Source: Chrysomallon squamiferum (Eukaryota; Animalia; Mollusca). Taken from it: a stretch of DNA of 64,000 bases. Below the pieces are notes generated by a model that worked only from the letters and a program-made list of their open reading frames with translations, made no database searches and was not told the DNA's origin. Shown here piece after piece: positions 26,801 through 38,796 of the stretch. Position 1 is the stretch's first letter; the number at the start of each line of letters is the position of its first letter. A program made the position numbers and the translations under genes. The stretch is from positions 37,448,001 to 37,512,000 of the forward strand of contig CM022670.1 of the NCBI GenBank assembly GCA_012295275.1, in the 5' to 3' direction.

Positions 26801-28735
26801 TGTATGTTAATGGCACCATGCCATATTTTTCTATGGTTATTTGTGTAAAGACAATATTGGAAGATACAATCTATTACATTCCATGGATATTTTTCATTGC
26901 TTAAGGGATTTTCTATTCCATTCATGAGGCACTGACTAGAATGGAAAGTAATTCCCTGTGCACAGAACAAATTTCATCTCACAGTATTCTTAGGCCTGAA
27001 ACCAGGATACAAACCAATGAACAGCATCCAGCTCATTTTCCTTGTTTTGTTATTATTTATTGTTTTTATTTTAGTTCAAGCTAGCCATGAGTTTGATGAA
27101 GCTGGCCTTCAACATGGAGAGTTGGGAAGCTTGTGGAGGGGGTGCAGAACTGTCAGGCAATGATGCTTTAGCCGAAGGCAATAAATACATAGACAGAGCT
27201 ATTAAAATATTTCAAGAGGTATTTTGTCAATTTTTAATATACTTATTTGTCATATTTTGTTACTGGCCATCTTTACAACATATTACTGATAGTAATTAAT
27301 AAATATTCTCTTAAAATTACAAGAGAAAAATAAATTACAACTTTTTCTGCCTAAAAATAATTCATGGACATTTTTCGATAATCTCATTAATCTCGTGAAG
27401 AAAGATTTCAAGAATTATATCTTCTGACATCCAGCACTCTAGCATGTATTTCAGTTCCAAAATAAATATCGTTTTTTTCCCATTAAGACAGTATCAAGTA
27501 ATAATTCTTCACATTCTAATATATACTCTTTTTTTTCCCATTAAGACAGTATCAAGTAATAATTCTTCACATTCTAATATATACTCTTTTTTTTCTAAAG
27601 CTTAATGATATGGGTCATTATGCAGAGGCACTGATGACAAAAGGAGTTCTAGCACCAAGGGGAAGCATGGAACAGCTGAAGGTAAAATTGTTTTTGAAAT
27701 TTGTATCTGATTTTAGTAATGAAGTTATTTTCAAACTGATAGAGGTAGAATGATGTCTGAGAATGTGTACATTTTATTTTTTGTGTTTACGCACTTTATT
27801 ATTTTACAAATCTAAACTAGTGCAGAGTTGTTTAATTGGGTGTGTATAAACAAGATAATAAAGATACTTCAAAGTTTCCGTTTCCTTGAATTTATTCATA
27901 GATACTGACACCTAATAAATGAATTACCTGTTATTTCAGTTGTACAACTAGTTGAATTTTATGTTGTTTTTGTCTTCCACTTCAGCTGTATAATGAAGCA
28001 ATGGATCTCTGTATGCAGATGTATGGAGAATTGCATATACTCACTTCCAGACTGTACATAAACATTGGTATTGTATACGAGGACAACAGTGACTATAAAA
28101 AAGCATACGAATATTTCAAAAAATGGGCCAAGGTTAGTGAAGAAATTCTCGGCCCAGAGCATCCAAAGACACTGAGAGCGAAAGGCGTGTTACGGGAGTC
28201 GAGGTACAAACGGATAGCTCAGGAGCTCGGGGAGTGGGACAGCGAGAGGCAAGAAGAGGAAGAAGAAAATCACCCAGAAAACGAAGACTGGGAAGAGGAG
28301 GAGAATCCAGATGCCGAACACGGATTCGAGGAAACGCACTACCCGAACGAAGGACATCTGGTGATGCATTCAGACGACGAAGTGAACAACGGTGCTGGCA
28401 ACAATGAAACGAGTAATCCTGCGTCTGCGGACCAGATTCTTGTCGATGATGATTTTTCTGACGATGAGAACAACCAGGTGTTGATGAATGGATATTTCAC
28501 CGAGGAGGATGATCAGATTTCTATAAATGAGGAGCACACGGACAGTGAGAATCTGTACGATGATAATTTTGAAGATTATGACGAGCAATACATACTTCAT
28601 GTGGACAGTGGTCCAGTTATTGAAGAGTTTAATATTCATTTAGGTGACGACGATAATGATGACAATGATATTGTTGAACTTGTGTCGAGGGATATTGACA
28701 ATCGTTATGCAAGTGACAGTGAACATGAAAACTGA
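17853..28735 (+). CDS. DUF4062-like domain + NACHT/STAND-type P-loop NTPase + TPR repeats + acidic tail (TEP1/NPHP3-like architecture), about 1159 aa, 22 coding exons
   Basis: Exons 17853-17966, 18447-18515, 18848-18957, 19619-19752, 20032-20162, 20482-20574, 20931-21086, 21712-21848, 21977-22088, 22270-22380, 22761-22934, 23443-23630, 24004-24173, 24582-24753, 25032-25167, 25381-25509, 25759-25877, 26037-26169 (GC donor), 26502-26618, 27075-27218, 27601-27681, 27986-28735 = 3480 nt, open throughout. Motifs: KLFITSYSDDFFAEREII / VKWG / IGWVP (DUF4062-like), Walker A GSPGCGKS, FYHFVG, Walker B IIFIDALNQ, NPLWL, EYPYHL, and kinesin-light-chain-type TPRs (YGELHILTSRLYINIGIVY, LGPEHPKT). Confidence 0.9.
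27472..27595 (+). repeat. Perfect 58-bp tandem duplication immediately upstream of a splice acceptor
   Basis: The unit TTTTTTTCCCATTAAGACAGTATCAAGTAATAATTCTTCACATTCTAATATATACTCT occurs twice with period 58 and ends 5 nt before exon 27601. Confidence 0.9.
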
Positions 28736-29861
28736 GACAGTGATATAAAGTGAGAGTAAGCATTGAAGAACAATTAAACTGACTTATTTATAATAAAAAA
28801 TTGTTTTGTTGTTGTTATAAAAATACAGATAAATATAATTTAAAAGTATTTTTTATATATATATATATAAAAAAAATAAATATGAATAAACAGGAAAATA
28901 TAAAAACAAAAGTAAAAAAATTAACACTGAAAATATTGCCATCAAATAGTTTCAGAAGAAATAATCTGTAATTTCCATGTGCCTCACAGATACATTTTGT
29001 TAAAATAACTGACTCAATGTATGTAATGTATCATTACAGAATTTTTTGTTTTTCACTAGTCTACACGAAGTAACAAAACCTTTCAGTAAATTCAAGCATG
29101 ACAAAATTATAATTTTGTTAACTACACATACTGACCCAAAATAATAAATTAATAATATATGCAGAAGTGGGGTTCAAAGCTAAATAATAAATATGGTCAT
29201 TAAATATATTTTTATAATCTTCAAATACATTATTTATCAATTATTTCAACCAGTTTTAGAATTAATTTACTTTTTAACTGATTTTTAAAAAAAGGAAAAC
29301 AATGAAATATATAAATTAAATTCTTTATTTAATTTTCATTAAATATAACATGCAGTGTTTTAATTAAATATTCTTACATAGTTCAAGTGACAATGTCTGT
29401 CCATCCTTCCATTCATCAATGCAGATAAAACATATATGTCTGTTTACATTTAAAATAATGACAATACTATTTTAAGAAATAATGTTCATCATGTCATCAA
29501 TTTCAATGAATTTTCTACTGTAAAATATTAAACAAAAGTTAAGAAAAAAAGAAAAAGTAGAAAATGGTAAAAGATATGGTCATTAAACAAATACTACAAA
29601 ATCACAACATCATATCTGATTTACAAAAAAAAAAATATTATGGAAAGTAGGTTAAACAAATAAACTGCAGTTAAAATTAATCCTATTTGTGACATCAACA
29701 AATTTAAAAAAAACACAAACATTTAATAAAAGATTTTAACATTAAAACTGGAAGATTGCAGTATAAAAATATTGATAGTAATGTACATAAGAATGGAGGT
29801 CAATGTAATTTCACTGCTGTGAGGAAATAAATGAAATTTGTTTTCTGTTTACAAAACTTTG

Positions 29862-31789
29862 CTACCAGGGAGGCTGCATTGGTTGGGGATTTTGTAAATA
29901 GGACATCACAACAGCAGATATTGACAACCTGAAGAAAAAAAAAAATAAAAAAAAAAAAAATTAATATCAGGTTTTGGGGGGGGGGTTTAAATTTTTTTAA
30001 ACTGCATGGATTAACATCAATAATTATACATCACTGATTAAGAAATAATAATGAATAAAAAAAAAAAAAAAAATAAAATGCAATGAATGTTACAGATCAT
30101 TAAATGTGATATGATCAATATTATCCTATCCTTTCAGTTGTGGATGATATACAGTAATCAATAATATAGCTAATAATCATTATTTGAAATCTGAATCCTA
30201 ATGCTTAGATAATGGCCTATTTAAAAAAATAACTAATTTAAAATTGGATATGTTGCGTTTTTGGTTCATACACCACACACACAGCTTACACTGTTACAGT
30301 ATTTATTTATTTTGTTAAATTAAAAAAATGCATTGAGTAAAATGTTCCACAATCAACTAACAAAGATGAAATAATTTCCAATGTTGTACATGCTTTTGTA
30401 AGCTAAATGAAAAGACCAACAATTTGATACAAAAGATAAATGTCTTATTTCTGTTTGATAAATAACTCATAATTATACTATGGTGTAGAACAAAAGTAAA
30501 GATTGACATTTATCACAATTTCCTCACTTATTTTTAAAAATATTATAAAACAAGGGAATAAAAGCTTGACTTACATAAAACTACTGAGCATCTGTTTAGT
30601 ATCTTCTGAAGTACGAGAGTTTGCAAAACTAATAAATGAGCAATACACAGCAACCCAAGCACACCATTTAAGCTGAAAGCACAAGAATAATTTTATTCTT
30701 AAGTAATAAATATGATAATATTCTCATATAACCCATATAATAAATATTCTGAATTTTGTGCTTTTTAATTATAATTTATTGAATTTCACAGACAGTAAGC
30801 ACTTTCTTTTTTCATTAAAGTTTTGTTAAAAAATACAAAAATTACAATAAAATAATAAATATGAAAATTTAACAGGTATCAAAATGCCATGAAGGATTAC
30901 ATTTAAATGTTCGATGTATTTAAAAGATCCCAGATTTAAAAACATGAAACAGATTAAATGTATTAAATAGACAAAATATCATTTGTTGTGGAAAGAGATT
31001 AATAAATAATAATATGGATTACACATATTTATACAAACCTTCATCATCAATCCACACATACTAAATATCATTCCTAGAAGGTTCATATAATCAGGTGTAG
31101 GATCATCCATCGAACCACCTGGTGCAACTGGTTTAAATCTGTTTCAAATAAAATAAATAAGTCTGTTTAATAACATAAATAATAAGTAATGTTTTCAGAG
31201 CAGATCACTGAAATGCAGTGTCTTATAGTTATATTTTATAATAATAAAGAAACAATTCATTAAATGATTTAGCACAGCTATATTAATCAATGATAAATTA
31301 AAGGTGTTCATCAAGAGTTTTTGTAAGTACTTATAATATTATCTCTTTTTCCAAATAAGACTGTGATGCCATTGATGATCTTTAGAAGCTCAGACATGAT
31401 GTTTTTATCATTGCTCTACAGCAAATGGAATGTTATTATTTTTCACTGGCTTTGTTTTCATTCATTTGGCTCATACTACTAGTACTACTACTAGTACTAG
31501 CGTTAGAATTATCTTGTTTCTGATCCTGTTGAGTTCAACAAGCATAGATGTAACAATGTTAGTGTTAAGTCATAACTTGAACTAAGGATGTCTGAATGAT
31601 TATCTTAAAACTGCAAGTTGCAGTGCACGATACCGGTTTCATCCAAATTGCGATTATCCAATAAATTAAAGTGCCACGGGAATTTACTTTAAGTAATTTT
31701 TTTGATAACTTTCAATCTAATTACCTTGTGATTTTGTTCGGCCTACGCGGATCATTTGTGTTATTTACTGAACTTGGTGTAGACGACAT
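29862..31789 (-). CDS. WDR83OS: PAT complex subunit Asterix, 4 exons, 109 aa
   Basis: Exons 31789-31725, 31138-31039, 30672-30575, 29928-29862 = 330 nt. Translation [25 protein letters not shown]...[77 protein letters not shown] matches the highly conserved Asterix family. Missed by the ORF track. Confidence 0.97.
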
Positions 31790-32378
31790 GGTGATTCACT
31801 TATTACAAACCCTTTCCCACAAGACTGGACTATTAAGGAATAGACTGGCTCGCCAAAGCAACAAAATGGATTTTTGTGTTCTCTGTATAATCGATCTTTT
31901 GTGTGTGGTGGCACCACTAAGTTGTGGTGGCAAACACAGTGTTGTTAGTTGTAATGTGCATTTATCGGCTAATTAGCGAACAAAATTTCAAGTACAAAAT
32001 TAAGATTCACTTTTATCTTTGTGTCTATTCAATAAAGGAGGGTTTTTTCTGAATCGCTGAACCTAAAATTAAAAAATTAAGATGGAATTTACTTATATTT
32101 TATTTAAACCTCTGTCAGTAGTTAACCTGGATAGATTTTATTCCACAATCATGAGGGATAATACATCATCACTCCATGCAGTAATTATGACCAATTTTAT
32201 CATTATTTGGATTTTTTCTACCAAAATTATATCTTAGTTTTAATAAGCAGGAGGATCCCCTTGATATGAAATAACTCACAAAATAAAAACAACAAATGGA
32301 CTGTTATCCTAAATATATTACGTAGATATCTAACAACAAAAGCGATAGGAAAAACGTAAAACTATTTTTATTATAACA
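31790..32378. promoter_or_regulatory. Compact bidirectional promoter shared by Asterix (-) and UBE3C (+)
   Basis: Only 589 bp separate the two divergent ATGs (31789 and 32379). The interval is locally richer in CpG and contains two copies of TGTGGTGGCA at about 31904-31932. Confidence 0.75.
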
Positions 32379-34606
32379 ATGTATAGTTTTGAAGGTGATT
32401 TTAGGCAAAAGCCGATTCAGTCACTAAGAGGTGCTAGCAAAAAGGTAAAAATTAAAAATGTAATCAATCGTAAAATATATTTTATAATTTTATTTTCTCT
32501 TTCATTTTTAGACTAGAGAAAACAAAATTAAAAAAATAGAAGAGTCATCAGGGGCTGTTTTGACTTTTTGATTTGTCATTCCTGAATGGCAAAACTCTAG
32601 TTTTAAATATATCAATAAAAGGATAAATTGAACATTTGTATAAATATCAATGTCTTCTTCAGATAAAAATGAAGAAAAATCTACCACATATAATATATTC
32701 GAAACATAAACTATAATAATAACTTTGTTTATTTATCATACCGATTTCATAAATAATATTTTTAATGGGATGAAAGACAGTTCTGCTATTAAAAATAAAT
32801 AAATAAATAAATACGAATGGAAGGTTACCATAATATCTTTTTTTTTTTTTATATCTTAAATATTTCCTAGTATTGGTCTGATTTGTAATTAATCATACTT
32901 TAATAACACTATTGGGGATTACATAATTTATTATTAATTAAATAATATTAAGTGAGTAATCAATTCTGTTTATATTATTTAAAGCAAACAAATAAAAATA
33001 TATCATCCCTCAAAAATACTTCTTCTTAAAAGAGAAAAAAAAAAAATAATAATAATAATAATAATAATAATGCTAATAAAATAATCTGAATCTTATGCCC
33101 TCAAAAAAAAAAACAACAACACAAATAAAAATAGTATTTGAAAATATGTTTGTCTTAAAAATATTAAAACAAAATTATTTCAGGTACCAAAGGAACTTCT
33201 ACTTCAGCGCACACAAGAAGCCAGACAAAAAAGAGAGGTAATTACTTGCAAAAAATATTAAAAGTTACAATATAACTATAATTCATACACATGCAAATGT
33301 TAAACTGAGTTGATATCTGTATAAAAATGCTAATGTATAAAAATTATTTGTCGTATATAAATGTTTAATGACACCATAACACAAACATGATTAAGGAACA
33401 TATATAACTTCCTTTCAGTATCAAATAATGAGATGTAGTGAAATTCCTATAAACCAGACACCCTTGTGGCTGAATGAATTGTTAGGTTTAGAGAGGTGTT
33501 TGATTTACTGAGGTTTCAAGAAATAGCCTTTACAAGATAGAAGATGTACATGTAGTAGCAAATTAAAAGTCTAAATGTGTTAATTATTTTAAAAAACAAC
33601 CAATAATAACCAAATTACTGAAATAAAATGTTTTTTACATTACTGTGAAATTTATCACAATAAATTCAGAAATACTTATTTGGCTAAATAAACACTATGG
33701 AATAGAAACAATTAAAATTCAGTGAGTTAAATTCATGGCTGCTTTGCCAGCCATTTATTTATATCCATTAGGTAGAAACAGCAATACATTCATTGGTAAA
33801 AGATACTAATCTCATTCCAGATAAGCACAGAACACATGTTTGTTTATGGTATAAGCATAAAGGAGTTATTTGAAAGCTTTTCAAGGAATAACCAAACTCA
33901 GTTGTCAGACCAATTGGAGCACTGTTTCATAGATGCTCGAATAAATATGTTTGGTTCTGAAGGAGTTTCAGTTTACAATTTTTTTTACTGAATATGAATT
34001 AATTATTGATAGCAGTAAAAAAAAAAAAAAAAAAAAAAAATTAGAAAGTTAAGACACCATTTGTAATTACAGTTATTCTCTATTAGTAGAAATGGTAGTA
34101 GCAGTTGCAGGATGTAATTGAGATTTAGATTAAAACATTGCAAAAGTTACTGATGTTTTTGTAGAATCTTCGACAGAATCATCTTAGTGCAACTTGCATC
34201 CAGGCTTTTTATCGAGGATACATAAGCAGGAGAAAACTGGTATTTCTTTTAAACAGTATCTTTTATCTGTTTTTATTTCTTAATAAACTGAATATATTGT
34301 TACTTATACTGATAAAGATATTGAATACAAAATGGACTAACTAATGCAAATACATACCTTGTAACTGTTATTCTTTGTGTCTTTTGTCTGGCTGTCTTCT
34401 CTTATATTATGACAAAGGTATTTTTAATGTGTTTCTTTTGACTAATGTAGGTTTTTTTTTGTAATGACAAACTGTTTTCATTAGTTTGGCTTAGGTTACC
34501 AGTTTAATAATTTCCATTTTATTATTATTATTTTTAATATTTTAATTACAGTATGTTTATTTCTTTTTGGTATTAATTATTTTTATGATATTATTATTAT
34601 TATTAA

Positions 34607-34640
<34 letters not shown>

Positions 34641-35135
34641 TATTACTTTTTTTTTCTTTCTTTTTTAAGTTAAAAAAAGAATAAGAAAAATACATTTTTT
34701 AATGCATTAATTTTACTATTTTCATTTACAGAATATTGCCCTTTGCAATGATTTTGACAGCACAGCTCAACCATTGTTAAAACAAAACAAAATTGATATC
34801 TCCATTCTTTCCCATCTTATAAAACGTTTAGCATTCTTCTACACACCTGACAGAGATGGGCAAAGGCTGGTACGTGTATATCTTTTTTAAGTGTATTTTA
34901 CATGTAACAAGGTCTTAAGTCAGTTTTGATACAGTGTTAAAAATGGGTTTATATATACCCTATCTCTTTGATCCAGTGATGAAATTGAAAGATGTATATA
35001 TATATATATAATCCTAATGTGTGTTTTATAGCACTTTTATAAACACTAATATTTGTTGAATGAAAAGACCTCCATATTTGATAGAGTTAAAAATTAGTAT
35101 CAAAATGAAACTTATGGAGACTGGAATCTTATGGT

Positions 35136-35231
<96 letters not shown>

Positions 35232-38200
35232 TAAATAACAGAAGGAAATGTAACAAAAATTCAGTTTAAAATTGTTTTATTATCAGAATGATGTATGTAT
35301 TTTATATTTGGTACTATTGGCCATAAATTATTATTAGTTGTTCTTTGATCATTTCATTTATTAAACAGTTTTTTAGTCAAGTGTAATAACTTAATTGTTT
35401 AATTTCCCAGGCCGTTTGAAACATTTTCATTATACTAATTCAGTGGTGAATCTTTAGATTAAACTTTAATTTATTTAATTCTTTTTTTTTTTTTTTTTTT
35501 TTAAACAGATATTTGTATGCCAGCAAGTTTTGAAACAAAAGGAAGCTTATCTAAGCTCCATCACCAAAGATAATGATTTGTATCCTCTAAAGAAGTTACT
35601 GATATTTTGTCAAAGGTGAGAACCTTAAATATGTCTTTGTTCATTGTTACAAAACTTCTCAAAACTGGATCCTCATTGAAACAGATTTATCTCACAACAC
35701 TCCCATGATTTATCAAGTAACTGAATGTAAAAACCTGTCTAAGCCATAAATCCCTCGAAAACTTTTTACTTTGTCCTGACACTGGTTTTGAAACATTCCA
35801 CTGTATAAAATAAAATAAAATGAAAGTTTATTTTATTTTATTTTATTTTATTTTATTTTATTTTATTTTATTTTATTTTATTTTATTTTATTTATTTTTT
35901 ATTATTATTTATTTTTTTAATTTTATATCTTGTTTTAAATTTCTTGTTTTAAAATATTTGTTTTAAAGTTTGCTATTATTGATTTATTGATTTATTTCTA
36001 ATTAATTAGCTACATATTTCTGAATAATGGTTGTCACCATCTGTGGTTTTGTCTTCTTTCTTTAGACATTTAGAAATGATTGCCACAACAACAGAACCAA
36101 TAGCTGTACCCATGAGAATGTTGGAAGTGTTCACATCAATGGACACGTACAGACTACTGAAAATACAAGCCCCAAAACCTGAAGTGTATGTGTTCAGTGT
36201 CATGCATTATCTTGTACAAAGAGGTAAAATACTTTCTTGTTTTTGAAATTTTAATACAAAGCCAATTTTCAGATTCTGACCTTTTTAACCAATGCAAATA
36301 ACATTTCTTTAGTGATGTGTAAAATAACGTTTTTCTAATTGCTTATTTAGAAAATAAGTATTTAGTTGATTATATAATATAATTAAATAACTGGATAATT
36401 TTTAGGTTTTTTTAAATTTATTTGTTGTTAATAATACCTTTTATTTAATCATGTTCAACTTTGTTTTTATGCCTGTAATTAATATATGAAACTTTTTATC
36501 AATTCTGCATTAAATTGATGTAGAATTATATTATAAATGAAAAAAACTGAAACAGATATAAACATCTGTTTTTTTAAACTTTCTTTCAATTATGCCCTCA
36601 GGTTACTTTGATTGTCTTCACATCTTGCTGAATGAGAAGGTTCCATCGGACATCATCAGGACAACTTTACCACCAACACCAGCCGCCTCCAGCATTTTCG
36701 ATCTGATCATGAATCCAATCAGACTGGCTTCACAGGTGTCTGAGAAAGAGTTCAGGTAACAACAATCATTTTCAGTGTGTGTTAATTTCTTCGCATTTAT
36801 TCGTCCGTTTGTATGTGTTACCCGAAAAAGAGAATCAGTCACGTTTATCGTTCTCTTTTGAAAAACAAATAAATAAAAAATTCAAATTTCTGAGCTGATT
36901 GTTATTTTAATTAATTGACACTGTTTCTTTTTTCTAGTCATCTGGTTTTGAGACGAGTTTGCTGTACATTTTTGTGCAAAAGTTACAGTGACCAGGTTGG
37001 ACAGTTTCTGTTACCAGCAATGGCGTATGGAAAATACCCATTTCCTTTCGTGGATCTCATCCAAGCCCTTCTTACTACAACATCAAAAACTAATCAAACC
37101 AAAAAGAAAACTGAAGGGCCACAATTTGAATGGAGTCCATGGCTGTTAGCTGCTATTTTAACCTTGGCTGATAAATACATTGGTAAGATGCTGATTTGGT
37201 TTTTTTTACGGTTAAAACAAGAAAAAAAAGTGATCTGTATGTTTTTGTTGTATATATAGAAAGGAGAATCTTTATTTTATGTATTTTGTTTATATACTTT
37301 AAATATGAAGTTTCCATAATAATATAGTCTTGGCATGAACAAATTATTTCTTCAAACTTTTGTTTGCACAATAGTTGTAATTTAGAAAAACAAGTTTTTT
37401 TGTTTATTAAAATATATGGTTATTTAACAATTTTTGTTGAAAATTTTGCTTTACAGCTAATCTTGATGCAGATATCAGTTTCTTGTATCTCACTTTACTG
37501 CAGTCTTTGCTTCCAACATTGCCCACACCAAAAGTGAATGTTGATTATGATGATTCCGATTCAGAGGAAGACATGTTTTCTGATGATGTGAGTGTTAAAG
37601 TTTTAGTTTCTTCTTTCTGCACAGTCAGGCCTGCATATTTTTTGTTGCTTTTCTTTAACATTTCTATTTAATTTTTATTTCTTTTTAAATATTTTGTTGT
37701 TACATGAACAGTATTTAGTGTTTCGTTCAAAAAGAACATTTTAGAGTTACTGTTTTATTATCATTTTTTTTTACTTTCTAATTCAATTAATCCAAGAAAT
37801 AATCAAAATATAGAAGATCTTCTCTTTCTTTTTTTTTGTGGTCGGCTTCCAACCTTTATCATACAATTATATATTCCGACAGGACAAAAATTAATAATTT
37901 GTTGCATTTCGAATTTCTTATAAATGATTCGTCTTATTCTTAGATACAGAACAAATATGTTTCTAATGGTAAGTCATTCTCTTTTCTCCACAAGGGACAA
38001 GGAATTAAAAGTCTAGCTGAGCTGAGAGAGGAATGTCTGCGACTGCTGGACACACCCAGTCACCTGAAATGCATGTTAAGTTGCTTGCACCACAGGTGTG
38101 ATGCCAGACTGCTGGAGGCGGTCTCTGTCATCTGTCACACCCTCCTTTCACAGCAGAGAATTACCATACATCGACTCAGGTAGATTTTGTTTTTCATGAA

Positions 38201-38757
38201 CTGGTATAGTTAAAAATATATATATATATATTGGTGGGGTTTTTTGACAATTATAAATAATTTTTTCTTGTTTTTATTAATTAAAAAAAAAAAAAAAAAA
38301 AAAAATATTAATTAAAAATGTAATTAATTTGTATTTATTTTTCATGGATTTGTTTTATTATATTATATTATATCCGGAAATTTTTTTTTTCTTCTTTATT
38401 TTTCAGATTTAATTTGCACAAAAATTATATTAGTATGTCTCTATGTACAGAAATGAGTTTAAGTGAAAATATTTGGTACCATTGTAATTTCTTATTAACT
38501 CAATTAGGCTTTGGTTTTTAAAATTGCTCTGTCTATTTTCATTTAGATTACTCTACACACTTGCATTCAATCCAGAGATTATTCGCAGCTTGTGGTTCAC
38601 CTGTGCTACAATGTCAACACCCACTGTTACAGGGTGAGATAACAAAAAATATGATTTGTAATGTGTACTGCTAGATAAACATTTTAATAGAGTCTTGAAT
38701 ATTCTTCTATACAAAGGAAACAAAAACATGCATACAGAAAGACAGACTGACAGACAG

Positions 38758-38796
<39 letters not shown>

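Noticed and set aside
28370-28639. Antisense 89-aa hydrophobic ORF
   Set aside because: Mirror of the GAN-rich codons of the acidic tail on the plus strand.
29811-29864. Readthrough of the Asterix stop (TAG-CAA)
   Set aside because: Only a partial match to the CARYYA leaky context, and the short extension has no recognisable feature.
31671-31976. 101-aa plus-strand ORF overlapping Asterix exon 1
   Set aside because: Non-ATG start, antisense to a conserved exon and promoter, no motif.
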